From positions 513,319 through 577,318 of the forward strand of contig CAZVTT010000001.1 of assembly GCA_964629685.1 (NCBI GenBank): DNA of 64,000 bases, given 5' to 3'. The notes under the pieces are model-generated. The model searched no databases. It was not told where the DNA came from and saw only the letters and a program-made list of their open reading frames with translations. This stretch comes from an uncultured Gammaproteobacteria bacterium (GTDB lineage Bacteria > Patescibacteriota > Microgenomatia > UBA10105 > UBA927). This document shows positions 19,697-29,467 of this stretch, piece by piece. The translations under genes and the position numbers were made by a program. Numbering within the stretch: the first letter of the stretch is position 1; each line of letters starts with the position of its first letter.

Positions 19697-19725
19697 AAAT
19701 ACCTCCCGCATTCGGGAGGTATTTT
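19697..19725. terminator. Bidirectional rho-independent terminator (12-bp perfect stem, 4-nt loop, T-run)
   Basis: aaatacctcccg-catt-cgggaggtattt followed by t; lies between convergent genes. Confidence 0.6.
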
Positions 19726-19746
19726 GTAGTAATACATAGAAAAGCG

Positions 19747-20268
19747 TTATTCTACTATTAGTGTACCCACTTGACCGTTCTTACGATGTTGGCCAACAGA
19801 ACAGTAGTATTCAAACGTTCCGGTTTTGTCAGCGGTAAATTCGACAGTTCCGGTTTCTCCTGATTTGGCAACCGGCATTTTTACGCCAAGTTCATCTATA
19901 TTAAAATCGTGCATCATGTCTACAGACTTCATGACGATTTTGACTTTTTCACCTTTTTTTACGCGAATTTCGTTTGGTTTGTAGTAAAACGCCCCGGCTT
20001 CCATGTCAATGATCCGCACATCAGACATCGCGGAATCGCCTTCCATAGCGGCGCCCGGTGTTGTTTCAGTTCCCATGGATTCACTTGCCGGACTTGTTTG
20101 ATTATCCATGGAGTTTGTTGCCGGCTGTGAGCTTGATGAACTACCGTTCATTGTCTGCAGGGCCACTAATCCGATAACTCCGACAATAACTACAATTCCC
20201 ACAATAATCATGGGATTCATTCCCTTTTTTTCGGTTTTTGGTTCCGTAGTTTCTTCCAATTCACTCAC
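19747..20268 (-). CDS. Cupredoxin (type-1 blue copper protein-like) with N-terminal TM and Met/Ser-rich linker
   Basis: C-terminal YYCSVGQHRKNGQVGTL (Cys/His copper-ligand pattern) plus upstream HDF; Met-rich MxxxM segment. Confidence 0.55.
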   Translation of the reverse strand: MSELEETTEPKTEKKGMNPMIIVGIVVIVGVIGLVALQTMNGSSSSSQPATNSMDNQTSPASESMGTETTPGAAMEGDSAMSDVRIIDMEAGAFYYKPNEIRVKKGEKVKIVMKSVDMMHDFNIDELGVKMPVAKSGETGTVEFTADKTGTFEYYCSVGQHRKNGQVGTLIVE

Positions 20269-20326
20269 CTCCCTTCATAATCCTATACTACTACATAATG
20301 TAGTAAGGATAAAAGTAGGAACGTGG

Positions 20327-20815
20327 TTATTTTGTGGGAGTCGGACTCGTTGCTCCGGGTACTCTAAGAATCGGGTTTAATTGGATGTTTTGGGCTGTAA
20401 TACTGCCGTCAGAATTTTCCTGACCAAATACAGCGACAGTTTCACCTGGCTTTAATTGGTCTTTGGTGGCCTTATCCGCTTTATTAATATCGGTGGTTTC
20501 AGCCACAATAACAATTTTGCTGCTACCATCCTGCAGTTTTACGGTAATGGATTTATCATCAGAACTGATAATTTCTCCTGAAACCGGTCTAATTCCGTTC
20601 CGCATTGCACCGCCAGAAGCAGAACCGTTACCTGTTCTTCCTGTTTGGCCGCGCTGCATCATTTGGCCATTCACGCCGCCAAAAAATCTTGGTTGTTTGG
20701 TTTCCTGATACTTCATCCCGGCAAAAAATGAAATTGCACCGACGAGTATTGCTATCACTAATAACGGTGCTGCAGTTTTCGGCAGGGAAGCGGTGTTTTT
20801 CTTATCTTCTTTCAT
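20327..20815 (-). CDS. Membrane-anchored periplasmic hypothetical protein (Gly/Met-rich linker plus beta domain)
   Basis: 162 aa; N-terminal TM; sits in the same operon between the ABC permease and the cupredoxin. Confidence 0.4.
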   Translation of the reverse strand: MKEDKKNTASLPKTAAPLLVIAILVGAISFFAGMKYQETKQPRFFGGVNGQMMQRGQTGRTGNGSASGGAMRNGIRPVSGEIISSDDKSITVKLQDGSSKIVIVAETTDINKADKATKDQLKPGETVAVFGQENSDGSITAQNIQLNPILRVPGATSPTPTK

Positions 20816-20845
20816 AGAGTCCTCCTATTAATTAATGTTATAAGA

Positions 20846-22069
20846 TTATTCATACCGTAATGCTTCAATCGGTTGGAGATTAGCTGCTTTTCTGGCCGGA
20901 TACCAACCGAATAATATCCCTATGCCTCCCGAAACACCAATAGCCAACAGTACTGCCGCAGGGGAAACAGTAAACGGAATGGAGATAGCTTTAGACAATA
21001 TATAGGAAACGGCGATTCCGGTTGCCATGCCAATCATACCGCCGGTAAATGTTAGGAGAATTGCTTCAATTAAAAACTGTGTAATAATAATGTTCTTTTT
21101 CGCTCCTAAGGCTTTCCGTAGTCCTATTTCTCTTGTACGTTCCGTTACGGTTACCAACATGATGTTCATAATGCCAATGCCACCGACAAGAAGCGAGATA
21201 GCCGCAATACCTCCAAGTAATGTCGTAAATGTACCCGTTACCTGAGAAGCGGTATTCAAAATATCATTTTGTGAAAATATGGAGAAATCCGCTTCCGTGG
21301 GATCACTCAGTTTATGTCTTTCCAACAATAGATAACCCACTTCGTTTTGGGCTGCCGTCATAACATTTTTATCTTTGGCTTCAACGGCAATAGTAGATAC
21401 ATAGTTAGCACCGAAAAGTTGTTTCTGGGCAGTTGATAGGGGTACATAAATGGCGTCATCGGGGTTGTTAAATCCTGTGCCGCCTTTTGAAACGGTTACA
21501 CCGATTACCGTTAACGATTGACCATCGATTCTGATACTCTGTCCCACCGGGTTAGACTCTTCACCGAATAGATTTGCTGCTGCGGTAGGTCCAAGTACGG
21601 CTACTTTCGTCATACTGCTTACGTCCCGGTCCGAGATAAACACACCGGATGACATTGTTATCTTCCTAATGTCTGCATATTGCGGATAAACACCGGTAAT
21701 TTGCGTATTCGTATTGTTTCTTCCCGCAGTGACCTGAGACCGTCGGGATAATTCAGGAGAGACGCTATTTACGGTGGTGATTTTGGGTGAAGACTGTATG
21801 GCTTTCGCGTCATCCAGGGTTAATGTTGTTCCGCCTCCTGCTGCACCCCGTATTCCTCCTGACGATTGTCCGCCGGGAATAACCGTCAGTAAATTGGAGC
21901 CGAGAGATTGAATTTGATTTTCAATGGATTTCTGGCTACCTTGCCCAAGTGAGATAAGCGTAATAACGCTACCTATTCCGATAATTATTCCCAGAATCGC
22001 CAGACCAGTCCGGAGTTTATTAAGGGTTAGTGTACCGATACATTCTTTAAAAAGTTCTATAATATCCAT
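20846..22069 (-). CDS. ABC transporter permease, FtsX/MacB-type with large periplasmic domain
   Basis: 407 aa; TM1 - MacB_PCD-like periplasmic domain - 3 C-terminal TM (FtsX fold). Confidence 0.8.
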   Translation of the reverse strand: MDIIELFKECIGTLTLNKLRTGLAILGIIIGIGSVITLISLGQGSQKSIENQIQSLGSNLLTVIPGGQSSGGIRGAAGGGTTLTLDDAKAIQSSPKITTVNSVSPELSRRSQVTAGRNNTNTQITGVYPQYADIRKITMSSGVFISDRDVSSMTKVAVLGPTAAANLFGEESNPVGQSIRIDGQSLTVIGVTVSKGGTGFNNPDDAIYVPLSTAQKQLFGANYVSTIAVEAKDKNVMTAAQNEVGYLLLERHKLSDPTEADFSIFSQNDILNTASQVTGTFTTLLGGIAAISLLVGGIGIMNIMLVTVTERTREIGLRKALGAKKNIIITQFLIEAILLTFTGGMIGMATGIAVSYILSKAISIPFTVSPAAVLLAIGVSGGIGILFGWYPARKAANLQPIEALRYE

Positions 22070-22071
22070 GC

Positions 22072-22782
22072 TTATTCAGGTTTAAACTTCGCTTTTACTT
22101 GTTTCATATTTTTTTTATCATCACCTAGTTTTCCGTCACGGATAGTAATAATTCTTCCGGCATGGGCTGCAATATCCGGTTCATGGGTAATCATAACTAT
22201 GGTGTTACCGTTCTCATGAACGTGTTGAAAAATACCCATTATCTCCTCAGCCTGAGCGGTAGCAATATTACCGGTAGGCTCATCTGCCAGGAGTATGGAA
22301 GGATTCATGGCAAGTCCTCTGGCTATGGCAACTCGCTGTTGCTGACCTCCGGAAAGTTGATTAGAAGTATGGTGTATGCGGTTTGCCAAACCTACCATCT
22401 CCAGGAACTTTGTAGCTTTTTCCAGCCTTTCCGTTTTAGGTATTCCGGCGTACACCATTGGCAGCATGACATTTTTTAGTGCTGAGGTGCGGGGTAATAG
22501 ATTAAATGACTGAAAAATGAAACCGATTTTGCGATTCCTAATATCCGCAAGTTCGTCATCGGTGAGCGCGGAAACCTTTTCATTATCCAGAATATATTCA
22601 CCGGAAGTGGGAAGATCCAAAGCTCCCAGAATGTGCATAAGAGTGGATTTTCCCGAACCTGATGGACCCATTATGGCTACGAATTCGCCTTTTTCTACGG
22701 AAAAAGATACGTCAGAGAGCGCCACGGTTTCCAGAAGTTCTGTTTTGTATATTTTCGATATATGTGAAAGTTGAATGATCAT
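22072..22782 (-). CDS. ABC transporter ATP-binding protein (MacB/LolD-type)
   Basis: Walker A GPSGSGKST, signature LSGGQQQRVAIAR, Walker B LLADEPT. Confidence 0.85.
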   Translation of the reverse strand: MIIQLSHISKIYKTELLETVALSDVSFSVEKGEFVAIMGPSGSGKSTLMHILGALDLPTSGEYILDNEKVSALTDDELADIRNRKIGFIFQSFNLLPRTSALKNVMLPMVYAGIPKTERLEKATKFLEMVGLANRIHHTSNQLSGGQQQRVAIARGLAMNPSILLADEPTGNIATAQAEEIMGIFQHVHENGNTIVMITHEPDIAAHAGRIITIRDGKLGDDKKNMKQVKAKFKPE

Positions 22783-22795
22783 AGAAATCCATAGA

Positions 22796-24124
22796 TTATC
22801 TGGTTATCCGTACCTGATTACCGCCGGATGCACTTCGGAATGCGCCCCCTCCAAACCCAGCGCTAAACGGAGAAGTTGTTTGGGTACTACTACTGGTTGA
22901 ACCGGTATTTGATGTACTCGTAACCACTGTATCTCCTTCTGTTAAGCCGGATACAATCTCCGTATCGGTGTCCGAGGCAATTCCGGTTTGTACCGTTACC
23001 CGTTCAGGTTGGTTATTTTTCATGATCTGTACATATGATTCATCGTTTTGGGTTTGAATTGCGCTGGTAGGAATGTGAATAACATCATTCTTTACCTGAG
23101 TAAGAATGTTTGCCTGCGCAGACATGTTAGAGAGTATATCCGGTACTTCCGTATCAAATTTAATTGTAGTGGGGTAGGTGGTAACTCCCGACGATACGCT
23201 GCCTACTGTGTCTATACTAATAACTTGTCCGGTGTATGATTTTCCCGGAAAGGCATCAAGCGTTATAGTCGCTTTATTTCCAATTTTTACGTTGGGAACA
23301 TCTATCTCCGTAAGATTAATGGTAATAGTAGGTGGTGCATTTGTTTTTATACTCGCAACTTTCTGAGACGTAATTGTGCCCGTAGTAGTATTCTGTGAAG
23401 TTAATACGGTTCCCTCCTGTAAGGAAAGTCCCGTAACCGTACCGGATATGGGTGCATAAATAACCGGTGAAGTCTGCTGATATGAGAGCCAGGCAGAATT
23501 GAGAGACAATTGTGCCTGAGCCACCACATTTTGCTGTGTTTTATATTTCGCTTCAGCCGCTAACCATCCGTCCTGACTGATGATAAATTCCGGCAATATC
23601 CGATTATTGGTATTGGGACTTCCGTCCGGATTGGTGTATGTAGAATTGTTGGCTAGATCGGTAAATTTCTTATTCTGGGTGAATAACTCCGCCTGTAATG
23701 TATAGTAGCTGGTATTTGCATTCTCCAGGTTATTTTTTGCGCTTTGATAAGAGGCAAGTGCCTGCGAATAGTTTTGCTTCGCAGTTTGGTCAAGTTCGAT
23801 TTCCGCAATAATGTCTCCCTGTTTTACCAGTTGGCCATTTTTGACATGTATCTTGGTTACCACTCCTGAGGCTTGGGTTCCTATGGAACCGCTATTGGCG
23901 TTCGAAACCTGTCCGGAAGCACTAATGGAAACAATAAGTGTTCCTTTCTCTGCGGTCGCAGTTTGATACTGCACTGCTGACTGATTAGATTTTATCCTTG
24001 TGGAAATAAACCATCCCAGTACGATAAGCAGCACCAGTCCGACTATTTTGGTTCGCAGAGAGCGCTGCCAAATCCATCGGGTCAAGTAAGAAAATGTTTT
24101 TAGAAGCGATGTAAATAAATTCAT
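22796..24124 (-). CDS. Efflux periplasmic adaptor (HlyD/MacA family) with S/T-rich C-terminal tail
   Basis: 442 aa; N-terminal TM, coiled-coil, lipoyl/beta-barrel pattern (GDIIAEIE...); 1 nt gap to the ATPase gene. Confidence 0.75.
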   Translation of the reverse strand: MNLFTSLLKTFSYLTRWIWQRSLRTKIVGLVLLIVLGWFISTRIKSNQSAVQYQTATAEKGTLIVSISASGQVSNANSGSIGTQASGVVTKIHVKNGQLVKQGDIIAEIELDQTAKQNYSQALASYQSAKNNLENANTSYYTLQAELFTQNKKFTDLANNSTYTNPDGSPNTNNRILPEFIISQDGWLAAEAKYKTQQNVVAQAQLSLNSAWLSYQQTSPVIYAPISGTVTGLSLQEGTVLTSQNTTTGTITSQKVASIKTNAPPTITINLTEIDVPNVKIGNKATITLDAFPGKSYTGQVISIDTVGSVSSGVTTYPTTIKFDTEVPDILSNMSAQANILTQVKNDVIHIPTSAIQTQNDESYVQIMKNNQPERVTVQTGIASDTDTEIVSGLTEGDTVVTSTSNTGSTSSSTQTTSPFSAGFGGGAFRSASGGNQVRITR

Positions 24125-24180
24125 ATATGTTGATTATAGTAACCGTACCTGAAAAAAAACTGAAAGTATTACGTATACAG

Positions 24181-25242
24181 TTAAACAGTAGTTTTTCCCG
24201 GCAAGCGGATAGTAAATATTGTTGATTTTCCCGGTATACTTTCTACGCTGATTGTTCCGTTATGGGTGTCGACAATTTTTTTGGCGATAGCCAGACCCAA
24301 GCCATACCCGGGCTTATTTGCCTGTGAACGGGCGACGTCTGCCCTATAGAAGCGGTCAAAAACGTGCGGTAAATCCTTTTTTTGAATGCCGATTCCTGCA
24401 TCTTTAACTGTACAAATTGCCCAACCGTCATGCCTTGAAAGGTTTACGGAAACCGACAGACCTTCCTGGCTGTATTTAATGGCATTATCGAGAAGTATTA
24501 TAAGTAAATCCTGTAAAGCAAATTTATTTCCCATTACCGAAACGTCTTCAGAATCTACTTCAAGTGAAATACGCTTTACTGACGCCAGGGGTTCTATTTT
24601 TTCTACAGCTTTCGCTATGACTTCGTGGAAAGCAACGGGTTCAAACACTGAGTTTCCGTTCGGATGTTGATATTGTGCCAGCTGTAGTAGTGCATCCGAT
24701 AAGGATTGCAGTTTGTTTACATCTTCTAAGTTTCCTTTTATAAGCGTTTTTGCTTCAGACACGGTTAAATGTTTGTCGCGTAAATGAACTTCTAATGCAC
24801 TCTTAAGTGCGGTTAGCGGTGTACGGAGTTCGTGTGACGCATCGGAAATAAACCTGTTTTGTTCGTCCATCATCTCCTGAATGGGTTTTAGTGTGCGACC
24901 TGCCAGTATATAGCCTAATAATCCCGCGAAAACGAAAATACTTCCGTTTATAATTACCAGTGTCATAACAACCCGGTTTCGTATTTCTTCCACCAATTCG
25001 TTGTCGGTGGAAATGATGAGCGCCCGGTACGGGTCTGGGGGTGAAAAGGCTTCATTCTGTAGTCGTTGTTCTATCCGGAAGCGCTGCATCCTTGAAAATC
25101 GTTCGACTTCCTGCATTAGGAATCCGTAAATAACCAGGCTAAACGCGATACTGATACACATGATAATCAGCAAATACCAACTGGTGAGTTTTAGTCTGGC
25201 CGAACGAAACATATTATGATTCCAGTTTATAACCGAAGCCAC
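24181..25242 (-). CDS. Sensor histidine kinase (HisKA plus HATPase_c)
   Basis: H-box SHELRTPLT; N, G1 (DAGIGI) and G2 (GYGLGLAI) boxes; 2 TM sensor. Confidence 0.8.
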   Translation of the reverse strand: MASVINWNHNMFRSARLKLTSWYLLIIMCISIAFSLVIYGFLMQEVERFSRMQRFRIEQRLQNEAFSPPDPYRALIISTDNELVEEIRNRVVMTLVIINGSIFVFAGLLGYILAGRTLKPIQEMMDEQNRFISDASHELRTPLTALKSALEVHLRDKHLTVSEAKTLIKGNLEDVNKLQSLSDALLQLAQYQHPNGNSVFEPVAFHEVIAKAVEKIEPLASVKRISLEVDSEDVSVMGNKFALQDLLIILLDNAIKYSQEGLSVSVNLSRHDGWAICTVKDAGIGIQKKDLPHVFDRFYRADVARSQANKPGYGLGLAIAKKIVDTHNGTISVESIPGKSTIFTIRLPGKTTV

Positions 25243-25888
25243 GAACTGTATGAATAAGCGGGTTTTGTTTGGGAAACGGCAAATCTATTTTATTCCTGAG
25301 ATTTCTGATATAAACTTCTACCGTATTAGGAAGTATATCGGCGTCGTAATCCCATACATGATTTATAATATGTTCCTTGGTTAAAATCGTATTGGCGTTT
25401 CTGATCATGTATTCCAAGAGTGCAAACTCTTTTCCTGACAACTTTATTTCCGTGTCTCCCCGGGTAACTTTGTACAGTTTCGGATCGAGATGTAAATTTC
25501 CGACGGAAATGGTGGTATCTATGCTGTGTTTTGGTCTTCTGTTTAGCGCTCTGATTCTGGCCAATAATTCTTCAAAAGAAAATGGTTTGGTCATGTAGTC
25601 ATCAGCCCCCGAATCCAGGCCGTCTACTTTATCATGTGTTTGGCTTTTGGCGGTGAGCATGAGAATTGGTGTATGAATATGTTGTTTCCGCAGTGTTTGG
25701 CAAACGGTGACTCCGTCCATTTCAGGGAGCATTCGGTCCAGAATAATACAGTCATATTCTTCTCCGGTGGCTAAATCTAAACCTTCAGTTCCGGTGTGAG
25801 CCATATCTACTGCATAACGTTCCTGTTCCAGGCCCTTTTTAATTGACTGGGCTATCCGGTGTTCATCTTCGATGATGAGTATTCTCAT
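25214..25888 (-). CDS. OmpR-family response regulator (start placed at MRILIIEDE)
   Basis: Receiver domain with DD...D...K pattern and winged-helix output; the track ORF extends 17 codons further upstream. Confidence 0.8.
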   Translation of the reverse strand: MRILIIEDEHRIAQSIKKGLEQERYAVDMAHTGTEGLDLATGEEYDCIILDRMLPEMDGVTVCQTLRKQHIHTPILMLTAKSQTHDKVDGLDSGADDYMTKPFSFEELLARIRALNRRPKHSIDTTISVGNLHLDPKLYKVTRGDTEIKLSGKEFALLEYMIRNANTILTKEHIINHVWDYDADILPNTVEVYIRNLRNKIDLPFPKQNPLIHTVRGFGYKLES

Positions 25889-26007
25889 GCTTCTATTATA
25901 CGCGCTAACCTGAAATTTAACTGAATAACAGTTACCCAAGCAGGGTAATTGTAGTTTTGATACTATATATACAGTATAGAAATTTTTATTTTGATAGGAG
26001 TAGGCAT

Positions 26008-26340
26008 ATGACTACCTATTGGTTTAAAGCAAAAAAATATGGTTGGGGATGGTACCCTTCCACCTGGCAAGGATGGCTGGTAGTAGGAGTATACCTGGTG
26101 ATTGTCGGATTTAATTTTTTTAGAATAGATTCAAATTCACAGTCCGTAGCTAACACCGTTCTGGGTTTTACTCCTGAATTTCTCGTTCTGACAGCCATTC
26201 TGATCGGAATTTGTTATGTTACCGGAGAAAAACCGGGTTGGCATTGGGGAGATAAGTCTGTTGAGCACAAACGGGTTGCAAAAACTATGAGCAAGCCCGC
26301 GGTTAAAGCTAAAGCGAAAACCAAAAAGCGAAAGAGATAA
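26008..26340 (+). CDS. Small membrane protein with Trp-rich N-terminus and Lys-rich C-terminal tail
   Basis: Start chosen at MTTYWFK behind SD ggagtagg; 2 TM; tail KAKAKTKKRKR. Confidence 0.35.
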   Translation: MTTYWFKAKKYGWGWYPSTWQGWLVVGVYLVIVGFNFFRIDSNSQSVANTVLGFTPEFLVLTAILIGICYVTGEKPGWHWGDKSVEHKRVAKTMSKPAVKAKAKTKKRKR

Positions 26341-26349
26341 GCGTTAAGG

Positions 26350-27174
26350 ATGAATATTTTACCGTGGTTTACCGGTACGGCCGGAATTATTACAAAGTAT
26401 GTTGTTTTGAGTGCTTTCTGGATCGGATTTTTCGGTGGCTTCGTACATCCGGCAGGCGAGGTGATGGGTGCAACTACTCCTTCCGGGGCCGCATATGCGG
26501 TACGTACGGTAAAAACAGATAGCGGTAGCTTCACTGTTTCGGCAGTATCTGCGGATTTAAATTCAACACGTGTGTGGGTAGACACCGCTTCTGAAAACAC
26601 TTGCACCGATAATTGTCCGGTTTTTTCGTTGGTAACGTATATAAAACGAACAGGTGCGTTTGCCGGGATTAACGGGGGCTACTTTTGTCCTGCTTCGTAT
26701 TCCGGTTGTGCCGGAAAAACTAATTCATTTGATACCCTAGTAATGAATAAGAACAAAGTATATTTTAATTCCGATAATAATATCTACAGTATTGTGCCGG
26801 CTGTTATTTTTAAAGATAACTGGGCACGATTTGTGGAGCATTCGTCTGATTGGGGACGCGATACCAGTGTTGATGCAGTTATAGCCAATCAGCCGTTACT
26901 TCTATTGAATGGAGAAATAAAATTCGGCGGAGACGGTGATCCAAAAAAAGGAAGTCGTGGAGCCAGGAGTTTTATCGGTACGAAAGGGAATGTCGTATAT
27001 ATTGGTATTGTGCGCAACGCAACTGTGGCTCAGGCGGCAATTGCGCTAAAAGCCTTAGGATTAGAAAATGCCTTAAATTTGGATAGCGGGGGTTCTACTG
27101 CATTATGGTATGGAGGGTATAAAGTAGGCCCCGGAAGAAATATACCTAATGCCATAGTTCTTGTAGCAAAGTAG
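26350..27174 (+). CDS. Phosphodiester glycosidase family protein (DUF2233/NAGPA-like)
   Basis: C-terminal NALNLDSGGSTALW motif characteristic of the family; N-terminal TM. Confidence 0.55.
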   Translation: MNILPWFTGTAGIITKYVVLSAFWIGFFGGFVHPAGEVMGATTPSGAAYAVRTVKTDSGSFTVSAVSADLNSTRVWVDTASENTCTDNCPVFSLVTYIKRTGAFAGINGGYFCPASYSGCAGKTNSFDTLVMNKNKVYFNSDNNIYSIVPAVIFKDNWARFVEHSSDWGRDTSVDAVIANQPLLLLNGEIKFGGDGDPKKGSRGARSFIGTKGNVVYIGIVRNATVAQAAIALKALGLENALNLDSGGSTALWYGGYKVGPGRNIPNAIVLVAK

Positions 27175-27175
27175 T

Positions 27176-28339
27176 GTGATGAATAAAAAATACATATTGC
27201 TCATACTGTTCGTAGGTGTTCTGGCAGTTGGCGGAGCGGTAATTGCACGGAATTACCTTAAAGTCGGAATACAGAATATTCCCACTCTCCCGGTGCGCAC
27301 TGCAGAAAGTAAACAACCCAAACCGCAGCTGGTATCCTACACAGTGGAAACCGTTGCGGAAAATTTACGGGTACCCTGGAGTATGGTTTTTACTTTACCG
27401 CAGCGGATTTTAGTATCTGAACGTACCGGCGCCATCCGTATTATTGAAAACGGGAAGCTCTTGGATAAACCGTTACGAACGTTTCCCGAAGTTGCCGCGA
27501 CGGGGGAAGCAGGATTGATGGGTATTACTCTTGATCCGAATTATGCTGACAATAAATTGCTTTACGCTGCGGTAGCATATCAGAAACAAGACAGAATGGT
27601 AATTAAGATTGTAAAGTTTTTGGATGGTGTTCCGGAAACCGCAGAACCAACAATAATTCTTGATGATATTCCGGCAGCCAGTAATCACTCCGGTACCAGA
27701 TTAAAATTCGGAATTGACGGGAAACTGTATATGACAACGGGAGATGCCCAGCAAAAAGAGTCAGCTCAGGTATCCGATTCCCGGGCAGGAAAAGTACTCC
27801 GTATGAATCGTGATGGTAGTAGTCTGGAAGTATTTGCATTAGGGTTTAGAAATAGTCAGGGATTAGATTGGGATCCGGAAACTAATGAATTGTGGGTGGT
27901 TGACCATGGTCCATCAGGATTTGACGGACCTCGGGGTGGGGATGAAATTAATTTAGTCCGACAGGGAAATAATTACGGATGGCCATTAGTATCCCATGAC
28001 AGAAATCAATCAGGTCTGGAGGCACCAAAATTAACATTTACCCCCGCAATTGCTCCGGCTGCTCTTACGTTTTATCGTGGTTCCGTGTTCCCTCAGTTTA
28101 CGTCTTCATTGTTTTTTTCCGGTCTTGTGGGAACCGGAGTTTACCGGGCAGAGTTATCAGAAGATAGACTGTCTATTTCAGGGTGGGAAAAGCTAAAAGA
28201 TATAGACGTCGGCCGTGTACGGGATATTGTGGAGGGACCTGAGGGGTATTTATACTTTACAACAAGCAATACCGATGGTCGGGGAACCAAGCGTGCGGGT
28301 GACGATAAAATTTACCGTTTAGTTCCAGTTTCTCCGTAG
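27176..28339 (+). CDS. PQQ-dependent sugar dehydrogenase (soluble glucose/sorbosone dehydrogenase family, beta-propeller)
   Basis: 387 aa; N-terminal signal anchor; GLMGITLDPNY...LYAAVAY and repeated propeller blades. Confidence 0.7.
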   Translation: MMNKKYILLILFVGVLAVGGAVIARNYLKVGIQNIPTLPVRTAESKQPKPQLVSYTVETVAENLRVPWSMVFTLPQRILVSERTGAIRIIENGKLLDKPLRTFPEVAATGEAGLMGITLDPNYADNKLLYAAVAYQKQDRMVIKIVKFLDGVPETAEPTIILDDIPAASNHSGTRLKFGIDGKLYMTTGDAQQKESAQVSDSRAGKVLRMNRDGSSLEVFALGFRNSQGLDWDPETNELWVVDHGPSGFDGPRGGDEINLVRQGNNYGWPLVSHDRNQSGLEAPKLTFTPAIAPAALTFYRGSVFPQFTSSLFFSGLVGTGVYRAELSEDRLSISGWEKLKDIDVGRVRDIVEGPEGYLYFTTSNTDGRGTKRAGDDKIYRLVPVSP

Positions 28340-29467
28340 TTATAGTACCGCAATGCTGTTTACGTAAAGACCGTACACAATAAGTGCTCCTACGCTGCCT
28401 GCAAATCCATAACGTAACCAAATGGGTTTTCGTATTCTATTGATGATTTCAATTACTGACCAGCTTGTAGAAATACATAAAAACGGATATGCAGGTAAAA
28501 TATACCAGGCTAATTTAGTTCGAACCAAAGAAAGTACCCCAATATAGGTTAACGAAAGAATAGTGCTGAATTTTACAATGTGCGGCATGGTTTTCCACCG
28601 GGATATCATATACGGAAGCAGTATCGTAAATATCCCTCCCGTTGAGGATACTTGCGGATCGACAAGTATTTTTATATAGAACCACCATGGTTGGTTATGT
28701 CCCTCCAATGCATGGCTTGCGCGTTGGAAGAGATGATATCCGATATGGTCGGAGATAAAGGAAGAACCAAAAGTTAAAGTCATAAACAGATACCATGGCA
28801 GTGTCACAATTACGCATGTGCAACAGGCAATTAGGGTTTTACGGTAACTATCAGAAGGCTTTGTAAACAGTACAAACAGACTGGTAATACCCAGCACAAA
28901 AAATGCTACCGGACCTTTGGTCAGTACTGCTAATCCGAAACAGATACCACTCGTAACGTAATCCCTGTGTTTTTCGGTACCGAATAGGAAAAAATGTACG
29001 CCCCAAAGTAAAAGCAGAATTTGCAGGGCATCCATATCAGCGGAGCGAAACGTATGTGTTGAAAAAAATCCTCCGGCATTTGTTCTGAATAATTGTCCCG
29101 TGCTGAGAACCAGCAATACCGCTAAGTTTGCTGCTCGGGTAGATAATTGGGTATTTATCATGAATATTACGGTAAGCACAATAAACATTCCGGAAGCGGC
29201 AGTTACAACCCTTAATCCCTGTATTTCGTTGGTAAAAATTTTTACGGCGATGCCGGTTAAGTAATACCAAAGTGGAGGTTTTTCGAAAAAAGGTTTATTG
29301 TCCAGAGAAAGTATCCAATTCGGTTGCTGCACAAATTCCCGTATGACAGTACTATTTGTAGTTTCATCCCAACGCTCCAATGGTTGCCGCGACAGGTTAG
29401 CGAAAATAAGGAACACTGAAAAAAGAAATACTATGACAGTATTTATATTAAAGACAGATTTTTTCAT
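28340..29467 (-). CDS. GT39/GT83 GT-C glycosyltransferase (PMT/ArnT-like), start placed at the ATGA-coupled Met
   Basis: Polytopic; first loop RWDETTNSTVIREF (DE..R..A.EM-like); ATG overlaps the upstream stop as ATGA. Confidence 0.6.
   Translation of the reverse strand: MKKSVFNINTVIVFLFSVFLIFANLSRQPLERWDETTNSTVIREFVQQPNWILSLDNKPFFEKPPLWYYLTGIAVKIFTNEIQGLRVVTAASGMFIVLTVIFMINTQLSTRAANLAVLLVLSTGQLFRTNAGGFFSTHTFRSADMDALQILLLLWGVHFFLFGTEKHRDYVTSGICFGLAVLTKGPVAFFVLGITSLFVLFTKPSDSYRKTLIACCTCVIVTLPWYLFMTLTFGSSFISDHIGYHLFQRASHALEGHNQPWWFYIKILVDPQVSSTGGIFTILLPYMISRWKTMPHIVKFSTILSLTYIGVLSLVRTKLAWYILPAYPFLCISTSWSVIEIINRIRKPIWLRYGFAGSVGALIVYGLYVNSIAVL

Noticed and set aside
25889-25939. Upstream extension of the response-regulator ORF (MGNCYSVKFQVSAYNRS...)
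   Set aside because: The receiver domain begins at MRILIIEDE. The 17 extra codons lack conservation-like features. The shorter start is preferred.
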